Assembly (NCBI GenBank): GCA_965263035.1
Contig: OZ253580.1
Location: 2,912,001-2,976,000 of the forward strand
Reading direction: 5' to 3'
Source of the DNA: Acidobacteriota bacterium
Lineage (GTDB): Bacteria > Acidobacteriota > UBA6911 > RPQK01 > JAJDTT01
Length of the DNA stretch: 64,000 nt
A model generated the notes under the pieces. That model made no database searches. It was not told the origin of the DNA and saw only the letters and a program-made list of their open reading frames with translations. A program made the translations under genes and the position numbers. This document shows, in pieces, positions 28,081 to 37,750 of this stretch (its first letter is position 1; every line of letters starts with the position of its first letter).

Positions 28081-29097
28081 ATGAAACACGTCTTGAAGCT
28101 GGACGATTTCGACTACGAACTGCCTCGGCGCCTCATCGCACAACGTCCCCACTCTCCCCGCGACTGATGGTGCTCCGCCGGAAGACCGGCACCTGGGAGC
28201 ACGCCCGGTTCGCCGATCTCCCCGATCTCGTGTCGGAGCGGGATCTCCTGGTGTTGAACGACTCCCGAGTCCTGCCCGCCCGGCTGGCGGCCGTCAAGGA
28301 GACGGGAGGGCAAATCGAGGTGTTGCTGCTGGATGCTCTCGAGAGTCAGGTCTGGCGGGCCCTGCTCAAGCCGGGCCGCCGGGCCCGCGCCGGCGACCTC
28401 CTCACCGTTCTTCCGGAGTTGCTGTCGATTCGTGTGTTGGACGATCCCGGTCCCCCCGTCCGTCAGGTCCGGCTGGAACCCGCCGGGGATTTTCAGGAGG
28501 TCCTGGAGCGAGTGGGACGCCCGCCCCTGCCTCCCTACATCCAGCGGGAGGTCGACTCCCGAGACCGCGAGGCCTATCAGACGGTGTACGCCGCCAAGCC
28601 GGGTTCGGCGGCCGCCCCGACGGCCGGACTCCACTTCACCGAAGCGCTCCTCTCTCGTTTGAACCATTGCAAGATCACATTGCACGTGGGGTACGGGACG
28701 TTCCAACCTATCGTGGCGGATCGAGTCGAGGACCACCGGATGCACTCGGGGTACTACGAGGTCTCGGCGGAATCGGCGCGGAGGGATTCGGCGCCACCGC
28801 CGGGCGGGGGGGCGCGTCATCGCGGTAGGGACCACGTCGACCCGGGTTCTGGGGCAGGTTCACCGCCACCACGGCGACGTGGTGCAGGAGCGGGGATGGA
28901 CCGACCTCTTCGTGAAGTCCGGCTTCGAATTCGGAGTCATCGGCGGCCTCATCACCAACTTTCACCTTCCCGGGACGTCACTCTTGCTCCCGGTGGCGGC
29001 GTTCGCCGGAGGCCGGCTGTTGAAAGAGAGCTACCGAGAGGCCGTCGCTCGCTGCTATCGCTTCTACAGCTACGGCGACGCCATGCTCATTGTCTGA
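28081..29097 (+). pseudogene. queA: S-adenosylmethionine:tRNA ribosyltransferase-isomerase with two frameshifts
   Basis: DFDYELP..LIAQ in one frame (stop near 28167); LNDSRVLPAR, PPYI, YQTVYA, AAPTAGLHF, LHVGYGTF in a second; RVIAVGTT, TNFHLP, YRFYSYGDAM in a third after about 28785. Confidence 0.9.
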
Positions 29098-29466
29098 GAG
29101 GGAGAAAGAGGAAAAAGAAAAGCTCCCCCACCGGCCGACGCCCGGCGGCGTCAGACGGGAAGTGACGTTGCGTGGACAATTTGTCCGTTCATAGCAAAAT
29201 GAGACCGATTATTTGCTATGGATAGTAAAACTCTCTCATCGGACAGGGTCCGGCGGTATCAGGTGAGAAACAAGGCATCGAGTCGAATTGGCTCAGGCGC
29301 CCTCGGCGAGACCACTCTCCGTTCTGCGACCCGCTACGCGTAAACGGCGCGCCTTTCTTCACTCTTTCTTCTTTTCTCTTTCCTCGTTTCCTCTGTTTCC
29401 AAGAAGAAAGAAGCGGAAACAGAAGAGAGAGGGAAGAGGCTGGGTGACCGTTCTCGCGGTCTCGCC

Positions 29467-30435
29467 TCAGGAAATCAGGGCGAACTCCACGTCGGTGACG
29501 TTCTTCAGGGCGTCTTCCATGTAGGCCTTGATCTTCTTGGTCAATGAGATCTGGTTGAGGCGGATCGCCTCTCGACTCACACCGAAGCGCGTCCCCAGCT
29601 GTTGCAGGGTCTTGGGCTCCTCGGCGATGAGGCGCTCGTTCAGGATGGCCCGCTCCCGTTCGTTCAGCGTTTCGGCGAACTCGCGAAGCTTGTGGGCAAA
29701 AAGCCGTTTCAACTCGCCCCGTGCCAGTGTCTCGTCCACCAGATCCTCGGTGGCCTTGAGCATGTCCAGGTGCCGGATGGTCTGGTTGGGGTCGATATAA
29801 TGGTCCAGGCTCAGGTCAGAGGACTCGATGGCATGCTCCACTGCCCGGACCTCCTCGACGGGCACATCGAGTCTCTTGGCGATCAGCGATGTGGTGGGCT
29901 CGATCCCCTGAAGCCGCAACCGCTCCTTCTCTTTGCGCAGGTTGAAGAGAAGCCTCCGCCGCTGGTTGGTGGTGCCGATCCGGACGATCCGGAAATTGTC
30001 CATGATGAACTTGATGATGTAGGCCTTGATCCACCAGGAGGCGTAGGTGGGCAGGCGGGTTCCCTTGTCGGGATCGAATCGGCCCAGGGCTTGGATCAGA
30101 CCGATGTTCCCTTCCTGGATCAAGTCCATGACGTTGTTGTAGACGCGCCGGTAGATGAGGGCGATCTTGACCACCCGCTTCAGGTTGGAGGTGATCAGGC
30201 GATAGGCGGCCTCCTGATCGCCCCCCTGCTGATAGCGCCGGATCAGTGACCGCTCTTCTTCCACCGTCAGCGGTTCAAACTGGCTGATCTCCAGAAGGTA
30301 GCGCCGGAGAGGGTCCAGGTTGACCAGCTTGGCTTCTTCCCGGGAGGGCAACTTGCTGGTCTTCTCGCCCAGAATGGCCTCGAGGCGTTCGGACTCGAGG
30401 GCTGAGCCGGCCGGCCCCGGAGGCTGGGAATCCAT
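29467..30435 (-). CDS. RpoH/RpoD-family RNA polymerase sigma factor
   Basis: DLIQEGNIGL, YASWWIKAYI, RpoH-box-like QRRRLLFNLRK, region 4 TLQQLG..GVSREAIR. Confidence 0.9.
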   Translation of the reverse strand: MDSQPPGPAGSALESERLEAILGEKTSKLPSREEAKLVNLDPLRRYLLEISQFEPLTVEEERSLIRRYQQGGDQEAAYRLITSNLKRVVKIALIYRRVYNNVMDLIQEGNIGLIQALGRFDPDKGTRLPTYASWWIKAYIIKFIMDNFRIVRIGTTNQRRRLLFNLRKEKERLRLQGIEPTTSLIAKRLDVPVEEVRAVEHAIESSDLSLDHYIDPNQTIRHLDMLKATEDLVDETLARGELKRLFAHKLREFAETLNERERAILNERLIAEEPKTLQQLGTRFGVSREAIRLNQISLTKKIKAYMEDALKNVTDVEFALIS

Positions 30436-30448
30436 GGCCGCATCTTAA

Positions 30449-30608
30449 CAGCCCGTGGCAAAAGTCGTCACGGCATTCGACCGTCCCTGCACCGTGCGCG
30501 GACTGCGTTGCTATCGGCTCACATACTCCCGGCATGCTCCCTCCGTTGCGCCTGGTCCGGCGGGCGCAGGAACGGTCTCGGTGCTCGCGGGACTCTCACC
30601 ACGGACGG
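30449..30608. mobile_element. MITE family B copy 1 (160 bp, IS1182-type ends)
   Basis: Starts CAGCCCGTGGCAAAA (same as IS at 6875), ends CTCACCACGGACGG; flanks TTAA/TTGA; homologous to 36670-36828. Confidence 0.85.
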
Positions 30609-30627
30609 TTGACAAATCAGGGTTCGG

Positions 30628-31989
30628 CTAAAGGCCAAGGAGTTGGTGGAGCTTTTCCTTGTCGGGGGGCACGTGGACCGGGGGGTTGGCGTAAGTGGAT
30701 TGGATTTTGCCGTGCTTCTCGACGATCCGGTTCTCGTAGGCGGCGTGCTCGTAGAGGTTGTCCAGGTGGTAGTTGACCGTGTACTCGGGGTCCTTGAGTT
30801 GATGTCCGGTCAGAATGGCCACCACGTTCTCGGAGGGGTCGATGGTCACCTCGGGACGCTCCTCGCCGCGGGTGTCCAGCAGGCGCTTGAGACCGGCCAC
30901 CGTGGTGGCCGAGGCGGGTTCGCACCCGATTCCGTCCCGTCCCAGAATCGCCTTGGCGTCGGCGATTTCCTGCTCCGTGACCTTGTCGCACCATCCATCC
31001 GAGAATTGGAGGGCCCGAACCGCCTTCTTCCAGCTGATGGGCTGTCCGATCTTGATGGCGCTGGCCAGGGTCCAGGCGTCGTTGACGGGCACCAGTTCCT
31101 GCGAACTGGTCACCAGGGTCCGATAGAGAGGGTCGGCGCCCTCGGCCTGGATGATCGTGATTCTGGGAATCTTGTCGATCATTCCCAACTCTTTCAACTC
31201 CAGCAGGACCTTCCCGTAGGAGGAGCTGTTTCCCAGATTGCCGCCGGGAACCACGATCCGATCCGGACTCTTCCAGTCCAGTTGATCCATCAACTCCAGC
31301 ATCACCGTCTTCTGGCCCTCCAGACGGAATGGGTTGATGGAGTTCATCAGGTACAGGTCGGTCTCGGCGGCCAATTCCTGAACCAGCTTCATGGCCACGT
31401 CGAAGCTGCCCTGGATCTGGAGAGTCAAGGCGCCGTAGTCCAAGGCTTGGGCCAGCTTGCCGAATGCAATCTGGCCTTCTGGAATGAAGACGACGGGCCG
31501 CAGGCCGGCGCGGGCGCAATAGGCGGCCATGGAGGCCGACGTGTTCCCGGTTGAAGCGCAGGCCACGACCTGGGCGTCGAGCCGGATCGCCTGGGAGACG
31601 GCCGTGGTCATGCCGTAGTCCTTGAACGAGCCGCTGGGGTTCCAGCCCAGGTGCTTCACCTGGAGCCGATCCAGGCCCACGTATTCGGCGCACCGAGGGG
31701 CGTCCAGGATGGGCGTGTTCCCCTCGCCCATAGTCACCACCCGGTCCAGGTCTCCGGCTTCGAAGGGAAGCAGTTCTCGATATCGCCACACCCCGCTCAC
31801 GTCGAGGGGGCGATTCGAGAGACGCCTCCGCGAAAAGCTCTCCTTGAGGGAGTCCACGTCGGTCCGGCTGAAGTCGTAGACGATGTCCAGCAGGTCCTGG
31901 CAACGGGGACACTGGTAGAGCTTGTTTTGGATCGGAAACTCCCGGAGGCAGGAGTCATTGATGCAGCGGAAGCGAAACCACTTGGTCAT
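30628..31989 (-). CDS. thrC: threonine synthase
   Basis: GEGNTP, NPSGSFKD, ASTGNTSAS, NSINPFRLEGQKT, PGGNLGN, EPASA. Confidence 0.95.
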   Translation of the reverse strand: MTKWFRFRCINDSCLREFPIQNKLYQCPRCQDLLDIVYDFSRTDVDSLKESFSRRRLSNRPLDVSGVWRYRELLPFEAGDLDRVVTMGEGNTPILDAPRCAEYVGLDRLQVKHLGWNPSGSFKDYGMTTAVSQAIRLDAQVVACASTGNTSASMAAYCARAGLRPVVFIPEGQIAFGKLAQALDYGALTLQIQGSFDVAMKLVQELAAETDLYLMNSINPFRLEGQKTVMLELMDQLDWKSPDRIVVPGGNLGNSSSYGKVLLELKELGMIDKIPRITIIQAEGADPLYRTLVTSSQELVPVNDAWTLASAIKIGQPISWKKAVRALQFSDGWCDKVTEQEIADAKAILGRDGIGCEPASATTVAGLKRLLDTRGEERPEVTIDPSENVVAILTGHQLKDPEYTVNYHLDNLYEHAAYENRIVEKHGKIQSTYANPPVHVPPDKEKLHQLLGL

Positions 31990-32561
31990 TCGGCCAAAAG
32001 GTGACGGATTCGGCTCACGACTTCCGGGGAGTTCCAGACGTGCATCCCCACATGGTGCAACGCCAGTCTTCCACGGGCGTCGACGATCAGTGTGGTGGGG
32101 AGTCCGGTGACCTGAAAGCGGCCTTGGAGGATCCGTTCAGGATCCGACAACAGCAGGAAGGGGTAGTCGGCGCCCGTCTCTTCGAGAAACGTCCGGACAG
32201 CCCCGGGTTCCTCCCAACTCACGGCGGCAACCGCCAGACCTTCTTTGGAAAGCCTGCGATAAAGGTCGGCCAGATAGGGCATCTCCAGCCGGCAGGGTCC
32301 GCACCAGGTGGCCCAGGCGTTGATCAACAGGGCCTTGCCCTTCAACTCCTGGAGGGGGACTCGCTTTCCGTCGAGGGTCGACAGCGATCCGGACAGATCC
32401 AGATGCGGCCTCTCGGCGGCGGGGATCCATGATCTGTAGAGCCTGCCCTGAGACGCGGCGGCCTCGGCGCCGCAAAGCAGAAGCACTGATGGAAGAGCTA
32501 CCGCCAACAGGAGACCGACGGATCCAGCGACCCTGATTCTCGCGCCCGACTGCCTGCCCAT
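31986..32561 (-). CDS. TlpA-family thiol-disulfide reductase
   Basis: NAWATWCGPCRLEMP, GLPTT; N-terminal anchor. Confidence 0.88.
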   Translation of the reverse strand: MGRQSGARIRVAGSVGLLLAVALPSVLLLCGAEAAASQGRLYRSWIPAAERPHLDLSGSLSTLDGKRVPLQELKGKALLINAWATWCGPCRLEMPYLADLYRRLSKEGLAVAAVSWEEPGAVRTFLEETGADYPFLLLSDPERILQGRFQVTGLPTTLIVDARGRLALHHVGMHVWNSPEVVSRIRHLLAE

Positions 32562-32696
32562 TGCCGACAACTCTATAGCAGGCCCGGAGGAGAGGAAAGA
32601 GAAAAGCCACATCTCTCCATCCGTAGTAGACTGGGCGGGCCGCCGGGACCGGGGCATGAATTCGGTCCGGTTCCGGAACCCTGCGCGGACGTCGCT

Positions 32697-33422
32697 ATGA
32701 AGGTGTCGCTGTTCGTGACCTGCCTGGTGGATCAGATCTTTCCCCAGGTGGGACTCAGCACGTTCAAGATTCTGAATCGGCTGGGGGTCGACGTCGATTT
32801 CGATGAACGCCAGGCCTGTTGCGGCCAACCGGCGTTCAACGGCGGTCATTCCGAGGAGAGCCGCACCGTGGCCCGGCGATTCCTGGAAGCTTATGCCGAC
32901 AGCGGCCCCGTCGTGGTTCCTTCCGGATCGTGCGCCACCATGCTCAAGGTGTTCGTCCCCACTCTTTTCCCGCCCGATTCCCGGGAGCGCCGGCTGGCCC
33001 GGGAGATCGCCGGGAGGACCTACGAGCTGTCCGACTTCCTGGTTTCGGTCCTGGGAGTGACCCGGACCGGCGCCCGCTTCCCGGAGGCCGTCACCTACCA
33101 CGACTCCTGTCACCAGCTTCGGGAATTGGGGATTGCCCGGCAGCCGCGCCTCCTGATCCAGGGCGTGGAAGGAGTCCGGTTCGTGGAAATGCCCTACGCT
33201 GCCCGATGTTGCGGGTTTGGCGGGACCTTCTCGGTCAAGTTTGCCGATGTCTCCGCTGCCATCGGAGAGGACAAGGTGGACACCATTCACGAGTCGGGCG
33301 CCCGCTACGTGGTGGCCAACGATGTCAGTTGCCTGATGCACATCGGCGGTCTGCTCCAGCGTCGGGGATCCCAGGTCCGGACCCTGCACCTGGCCGAGCT
33401 GTTGTCGAAGTTCGAGGAGTAG
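32697..33422 (+). CDS. lutA: lactate utilization protein A (CCG domains)
   Basis: LFVTCLVD, QACCGQPA, PSGSC, YHDSCH, CCGFGGTFS. Confidence 0.92.
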   Translation: MKVSLFVTCLVDQIFPQVGLSTFKILNRLGVDVDFDERQACCGQPAFNGGHSEESRTVARRFLEAYADSGPVVVPSGSCATMLKVFVPTLFPPDSRERRLAREIAGRTYELSDFLVSVLGVTRTGARFPEAVTYHDSCHQLRELGIARQPRLLIQGVEGVRFVEMPYAARCCGFGGTFSVKFADVSAAIGEDKVDTIHESGARYVVANDVSCLMHIGGLLQRRGSQVRTLHLAELLSKFEE

Positions 33423-33426
33423 TTGG

Positions 33427-34845
33427 ATGCAACTCAGGATCCGGCCCAACACCTCGGCGGTCTTGTCCGACGCTACGCTACAAGCCAACCTGAGGCCGGC
33501 GTTGGAAAAGTCGCTCCAGGCCCGGGACCGCGCCGTCGCTGAGGTTTCGAACTGGGAAGAGCTCCGGCAGCACGCCCGCGACGTCAAGGACCATACCCTC
33601 TCCCGCCTGGACCACTATCTCGAGGAGTTGGAGCGGAAGGTCATCGCTCAGGGCGGCAAGGTGGTCTGGGCCGACACCGGAGCCGAAGCCCTGGAGTTCA
33701 TCGTGGGCCTTCTCCAGGAGCGGGAAATCAAGAAGGTGGCCAAGAGCAAGACCATGCTGGGAGAGGAGATCCACCTCAACGAAGAGTTGGAGCGGGCCCA
33801 ACTGGACCCGGTGGAAACGGACCTGGGCGAGTACATCATCCAGCTCTCCCGGGAGACGCCCTTTCACATCGTGACCCCGGCTCTGCACAAGTCGAAGGAG
33901 GAGGTGGTCGAGCTCTTCGGCCGGGAGCTCGGCATGCCCCCCACCGATGACGTGGAGGCGATCACGGCCACGGCGCGAGCCGTCCTGCGGCGCCATTTTC
34001 TGACCGCCGGAGCCGGAATCACCGGCGTGAATTTCGGCGTCGCCGAAACCGGAACGCTGGTGGTGGTGGAAAACGAGGGGAACGTTCGTCTCTGCGCCTC
34101 CCTGCCGGAGGTGCACATCGCCATCATGGGCATCGAGAAGGTGATCCCCCGAGCCCGGGACCTGGCGGTATTTCTGAAGCTCCTCTCCCGGAGCGCCACC
34201 GGACAGAAGAGCACCAGCTACGTCAATTTCATCAACGGCCCGCGCCGGGAGGGAGAGTGGGACGGCCCGCGGGACTTCTATCTGGTGCTGGTGGACAACG
34301 GCCGGAGCCGGATTCTGGCGGATTCGGAATTGCGGCAGACGCTGGCCTGCATCCGTTGCGGCGCCTGCTTGAACGTCTGCCCCGTGTACCAGCGAATCGG
34401 CGGACACGCCTACGGCTCCACCTATCAGGGGCCCATCGGCGCCATCTTGACTCCTCAACTGACCTCGGCGGAGGCGGCGCCCGAACACCCCTTCGCGTCT
34501 TCGCTCTGCGGAGCCTGCTACGAGATCTGTCCGGTCAAGATCGAGATCCCCCATATCCTCTTGAAGCTGCGCGAGCGGGTCCAACGGAGTAAACAGCGCC
34601 TGGCCCGGCAGCTGCCGCTGGAAGCCTGGGCCATGCAGTTCTGGGCCTGGGCCATGAGTTCTCCGAAACGGTATTCGTTTCTGGGGAATTTCATGCGGCG
34701 GGTCCACCCGTTCTTGGTGAGGGATGGGAGGATGCGGGTGCCGTTGCCGCCCTTCAGCGGTTGGGACCGGTACCGGGATCTGCCGCCGTTGCCCGAAAAA
34801 AGCTTCCGCGAGCAGTTCCGGGCGCTGAACAGGGAGGGGAAGTGA
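33427..34845 (+). CDS. lutB: lactate utilization protein B (Fe-S)
   Basis: ETDLGEYIIQL, ENEGN, CIRCGACLNVCP, SSLCGACYEICP. Confidence 0.93.
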   Translation: MQLRIRPNTSAVLSDATLQANLRPALEKSLQARDRAVAEVSNWEELRQHARDVKDHTLSRLDHYLEELERKVIAQGGKVVWADTGAEALEFIVGLLQEREIKKVAKSKTMLGEEIHLNEELERAQLDPVETDLGEYIIQLSRETPFHIVTPALHKSKEEVVELFGRELGMPPTDDVEAITATARAVLRRHFLTAGAGITGVNFGVAETGTLVVVENEGNVRLCASLPEVHIAIMGIEKVIPRARDLAVFLKLLSRSATGQKSTSYVNFINGPRREGEWDGPRDFYLVLVDNGRSRILADSELRQTLACIRCGACLNVCPVYQRIGGHAYGSTYQGPIGAILTPQLTSAEAAPEHPFASSLCGACYEICPVKIEIPHILLKLRERVQRSKQRLARQLPLEAWAMQFWAWAMSSPKRYSFLGNFMRRVHPFLVRDGRMRVPLPPFSGWDRYRDLPPLPEKSFREQFRALNREGK

Positions 34846-35537
34846 GTCGCCCGAGGATCATGCAGAAGGTCCGTGCGGCCTGCGGCGTCAAGCCGCCCGC
34901 CCCCCTGCCGGCCGGATATCCCGAGGCCCCCAGGTTCCAAGACCCGGTGGGAGTCTTCCGCCGGGAATTGGAGGCGGTCGGAGGCGTGTTTCTGGATGCC
35001 CGGGAGCGGAACCCGGCGGAGGTGCTCTCCCAGGTCCTGCAGCAGACGGGGCATACGGAGGTCTTCTGGGAAGAAGAGAAGATATTCATCAAGCACGGCT
35101 TGCCCTACAGGCTGCGCCTGCCCGAGTCGTTCTCCACTCCCCACCTGGTCTTCAGCTACCACTACCAGGGACGGGTCCGGCTTCCGATCACACTGGCCGC
35201 CCGCTCCATCGAACGGGACCGGTTGGCCGCGATTCCCGTCTCCGCCTCCAGTGCCGCGTTCGGCATCGCCGAGACCGGGACCGTCGTGCAAACCGTAGGG
35301 CCGGGCCGGGGGCGCCTGCTCAACGTTCTTCCCGAGACCCATATCGTCTTTTTGGCGGAGGGGGACCTCCTCTCGAACCTGGACCAGCTCTTCGAACGGG
35401 TTCAGCCGGGAGAGGAGGGAAGCGCGCTCACCCTGGTCACGGGTCCGAGCCGGACCGCGGACATCGGGAAGGTGCTGGTCAAGGGGATGCACGGTCCCCG
35501 GAGATGGTTCGTGATCCTCACGGAGGGAGCCGGATGA
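34842..35537 (+). CDS. lutC: lactate utilization protein C (LUD domain)
   Basis: IAETGT, TGPSRTADI, GMHGP; GTGA overlap. Confidence 0.88.
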   Translation: MSRPRIMQKVRAACGVKPPAPLPAGYPEAPRFQDPVGVFRRELEAVGGVFLDARERNPAEVLSQVLQQTGHTEVFWEEEKIFIKHGLPYRLRLPESFSTPHLVFSYHYQGRVRLPITLAARSIERDRLAAIPVSASSAAFGIAETGTVVQTVGPGRGRLLNVLPETHIVFLAEGDLLSNLDQLFERVQPGEEGSALTLVTGPSRTADIGKVLVKGMHGPRRWFVILTEGAG

Positions 35538-35977
35538 GCCGTAGCGGAGCGAAGCGCGTTGCGGGCCGGCACACCATCGTCAAGCGCCTGCACTTTTGCT
35601 ATGGCCACCGGCTGTTGGATTACGACGGCAAGTGTGCGTTCGCCCACGGCCACAATGGAATCCTGGAGATCGAGCTGTCCAGCGGTGGGTTGGACCATCG
35701 GGGCATGGTCTACGATTTCGGCGACGTGAAGAAAGAAGTGTCTCGCTTCATCGACGGCCAGCTGGATCACCGGATGCTTCTCCGGGAGGACGACCCCCTC
35801 ATCGAAGCGTTGCGCGGGGTGGGGGAGAGTCCCTACGTGATGAAGTCGAATCCCACTGCCGAGAACATCGCCAAGCTCATTTTCCACGAAGCCCGGGCTC
35901 GCCGCCTTCCGGTGACGGCGGTGCGGCTCTGGGAAACGCATGACGCCTTCGCCGAGTACCGCGCGGATGACGACTGA
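35534..35977 (+). CDS. queD: 6-carboxytetrahydropterin synthase
   Basis: HFCYGHRL..YDGKC..HGHN, DFGDVK, LDH, NPTAENIA, LWET. Confidence 0.9.
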   Translation: MSRSGAKRVAGRHTIVKRLHFCYGHRLLDYDGKCAFAHGHNGILEIELSSGGLDHRGMVYDFGDVKKEVSRFIDGQLDHRMLLREDDPLIEALRGVGESPYVMKSNPTAENIAKLIFHEARARRLPVTAVRLWETHDAFAEYRADDD

Positions 35978-36635
35978 TCGCACGGCCGTCCTGGTGAGCG
36001 GCGGACTGGACAGTTGCGTGATGCTGGTCTCGCTGGCCCGGTCGGCCCGCCGGGTCACTCCCGTCTACGTCAAATGCGGTCTGGTCTGGGAAGGTGAGGA
36101 GCTGGATCGGCTGAACGCTTTCCTGGAAGGCGTGGCCGATCCTCGAATCGACCCGGTGCAGGTTCTGGACCTGCCCATGAGCGATGTCTACGGCGGGTTA
36201 TGGCATACCTCGGGCGTCGGGATTCCCGGCTTCCATGAGGCGGACGAGCGATGGGAGATCGCGGGCCGAAATCTGGTCCTCATGGTCAAGGCGTCGGTGT
36301 GGTGCCGCCTCAACTCCGTCGGCGGGATCGCCTTGGGCATTCTGGGCAGCAATCCCTTCTCCGACGCCACACCCGAGTTCTTCGAGGGCCTGGAGCGGAC
36401 TCTGAGTCGAGGTCTGGATTTTCCGCTCCGTCTTCTGAGGCCTCTCGCGGGCATGTCCAAGGCCGAAGTGATTCGGTTGGGGCAGGATCTCCCGCTTGAG
36501 CTGACACTCAGTTGCGCCGAGGCTCGGAAGGGTGTGCACTGTGGCGTCTGTGGGAAGTGCAAGGAACGGATCGAGGCCTTTGCCGAATCAGGGATCCCCG
36601 ATCCCACGGCCTACGCCGCCCCGCCGCCGGTTTGA
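35967..36635 (+). CDS. queC: 7-cyano-7-deazaguanine synthase-like protein
   Basis: SGGLDS PP-loop, GRN, TLSC...HCGVCGKCKER, DPTAY. Confidence 0.85.
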   Translation: MTTDRTAVLVSGGLDSCVMLVSLARSARRVTPVYVKCGLVWEGEELDRLNAFLEGVADPRIDPVQVLDLPMSDVYGGLWHTSGVGIPGFHEADERWEIAGRNLVLMVKASVWCRLNSVGGIALGILGSNPFSDATPEFFEGLERTLSRGLDFPLRLLRPLAGMSKAEVIRLGQDLPLELTLSCAEARKGVHCGVCGKCKERIEAFAESGIPDPTAYAAPPPV

Positions 36636-36669
36636 AACCGGCGTTTCCGCCGACCACCCTGCTTGCTAG

Positions 36670-36828
36670 CAGCCCGCGGCAAAAATCGTCACGGCATTCG
36701 ACCGTCCCTGCAGCGTGCGTGGACTGCGTTGCGACTCGGTCGCATACTCCCGGCATGCTCCCTCATCGCGCCTGGTCCGGCGGGCGCAGGAACGGCCTCG
36801 GTGCTCGCGGGACTTTCGCCACGGACTG
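36670..36828. mobile_element. MITE family B copy 2 (159 bp)
   Basis: CAGCCCGCGGCAAAA...TTTCGCCACGGACTG with CTAG duplication (36666-36669, 36829-36832). Confidence 0.88.
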
Positions 36829-37620
36829 CTAGAATTTGCCTGTCCGGCGCTCCCTCGAGGGCATGATCTCCAGGCAGGTGGTCCACCACCCGGTCTGCGT
36901 CGTCTCCACGAATTCCTCCGGCAGCCCTTCGTCCCGCATCTCCCGGGCCAGCCGCCGGTGATCGTATCGGAGCGGGCGAAACTCGAATCTGAAGTCGGAG
37001 CCGTCCGCTTCCAGGAGGGTGTACCAGACGTTGGTGCGGCCGTCGTTCTCGGGGCGGCCGATGACCCCCACGTTGAAGAAATGTTTATGGCCGGGCAGTT
37101 CCCGATGCCACTTCAATCCGGTATGGGTGCAACAGAGGACGGCCGCCCCGGCGCTGTCCAGAAAACCGGAGAGCAGATGGTCGGGCGAGGTGCTGTCCCA
37201 CAGGAACTCGTTGACCCGCCGGGGAGACCCGTGGCACAGGCGGACCTGCAGCGGGCCCAGTTCGAAACCGAGGCTGGAAGGGAGCGTTCCCAGCCAATCC
37301 TTGTTTTCCCTGGAGGTGTTCAGGAAGGTGTAGTCGTAGCTGATGCGGGCGAAATGGTTGTCGGCGGGGTCGGTGTAGCCGCAGCCGCAGTCCTCATTGC
37401 CCTGCGCCAGCGAAAGGTCGTAGTTCCCGGCGATGCTCTGGATCTCGCCGGACCGCAGAAGCGGAAAGGACCGATCGGGGTGGGGTCCGAATCCCCCCAT
37501 GTCGCCCAGGCAGAAGATGGCGTCGACTTGGGATGCCCGGCATTCCCGGACCAATTCGCCTAGCGCCAGGTAGTTGTTGTAGACCCCTCCAAAAAGAGCG
37601 ACTCTCCGATAGCTCTGCAT
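36829..37620 (-). CDS. metallophosphoesterase with non-canonical first motif
   Basis: FGGVYNN (in place of DxH), CLGD, GNYD, CGCGY, CHGSP, CTHTG, NVG..GRPENDG. Confidence 0.85.
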   Translation of the reverse strand: MQSYRRVALFGGVYNNYLALGELVRECRASQVDAIFCLGDMGGFGPHPDRSFPLLRSGEIQSIAGNYDLSLAQGNEDCGCGYTDPADNHFARISYDYTFLNTSRENKDWLGTLPSSLGFELGPLQVRLCHGSPRRVNEFLWDSTSPDHLLSGFLDSAGAAVLCCTHTGLKWHRELPGHKHFFNVGVIGRPENDGRTNVWYTLLEADGSDFRFEFRPLRYDHRRLAREMRDEGLPEEFVETTQTGWWTTCLEIMPSRERRTGKF

Positions 37621-37750
37621 GGCCGCCGGCCCGTCAGGCTCTCTCACTTCTCACTCCCGCGTTCGTCATCCAAGAAGTTCCCCCACCGGCCGCGCCCGCA
37701 ACGCGTACACTTCTCACCCGTCTTCACTCTTTCCTGTTTCCCTCTGTTTC

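Noticed and set aside
28780-28812. Programmed frameshift or phase variation in queA at the G-run
   Set aside because: The G7 run is in frame with the downstream part; the shift is earlier, and a second lesion exists near 28165.
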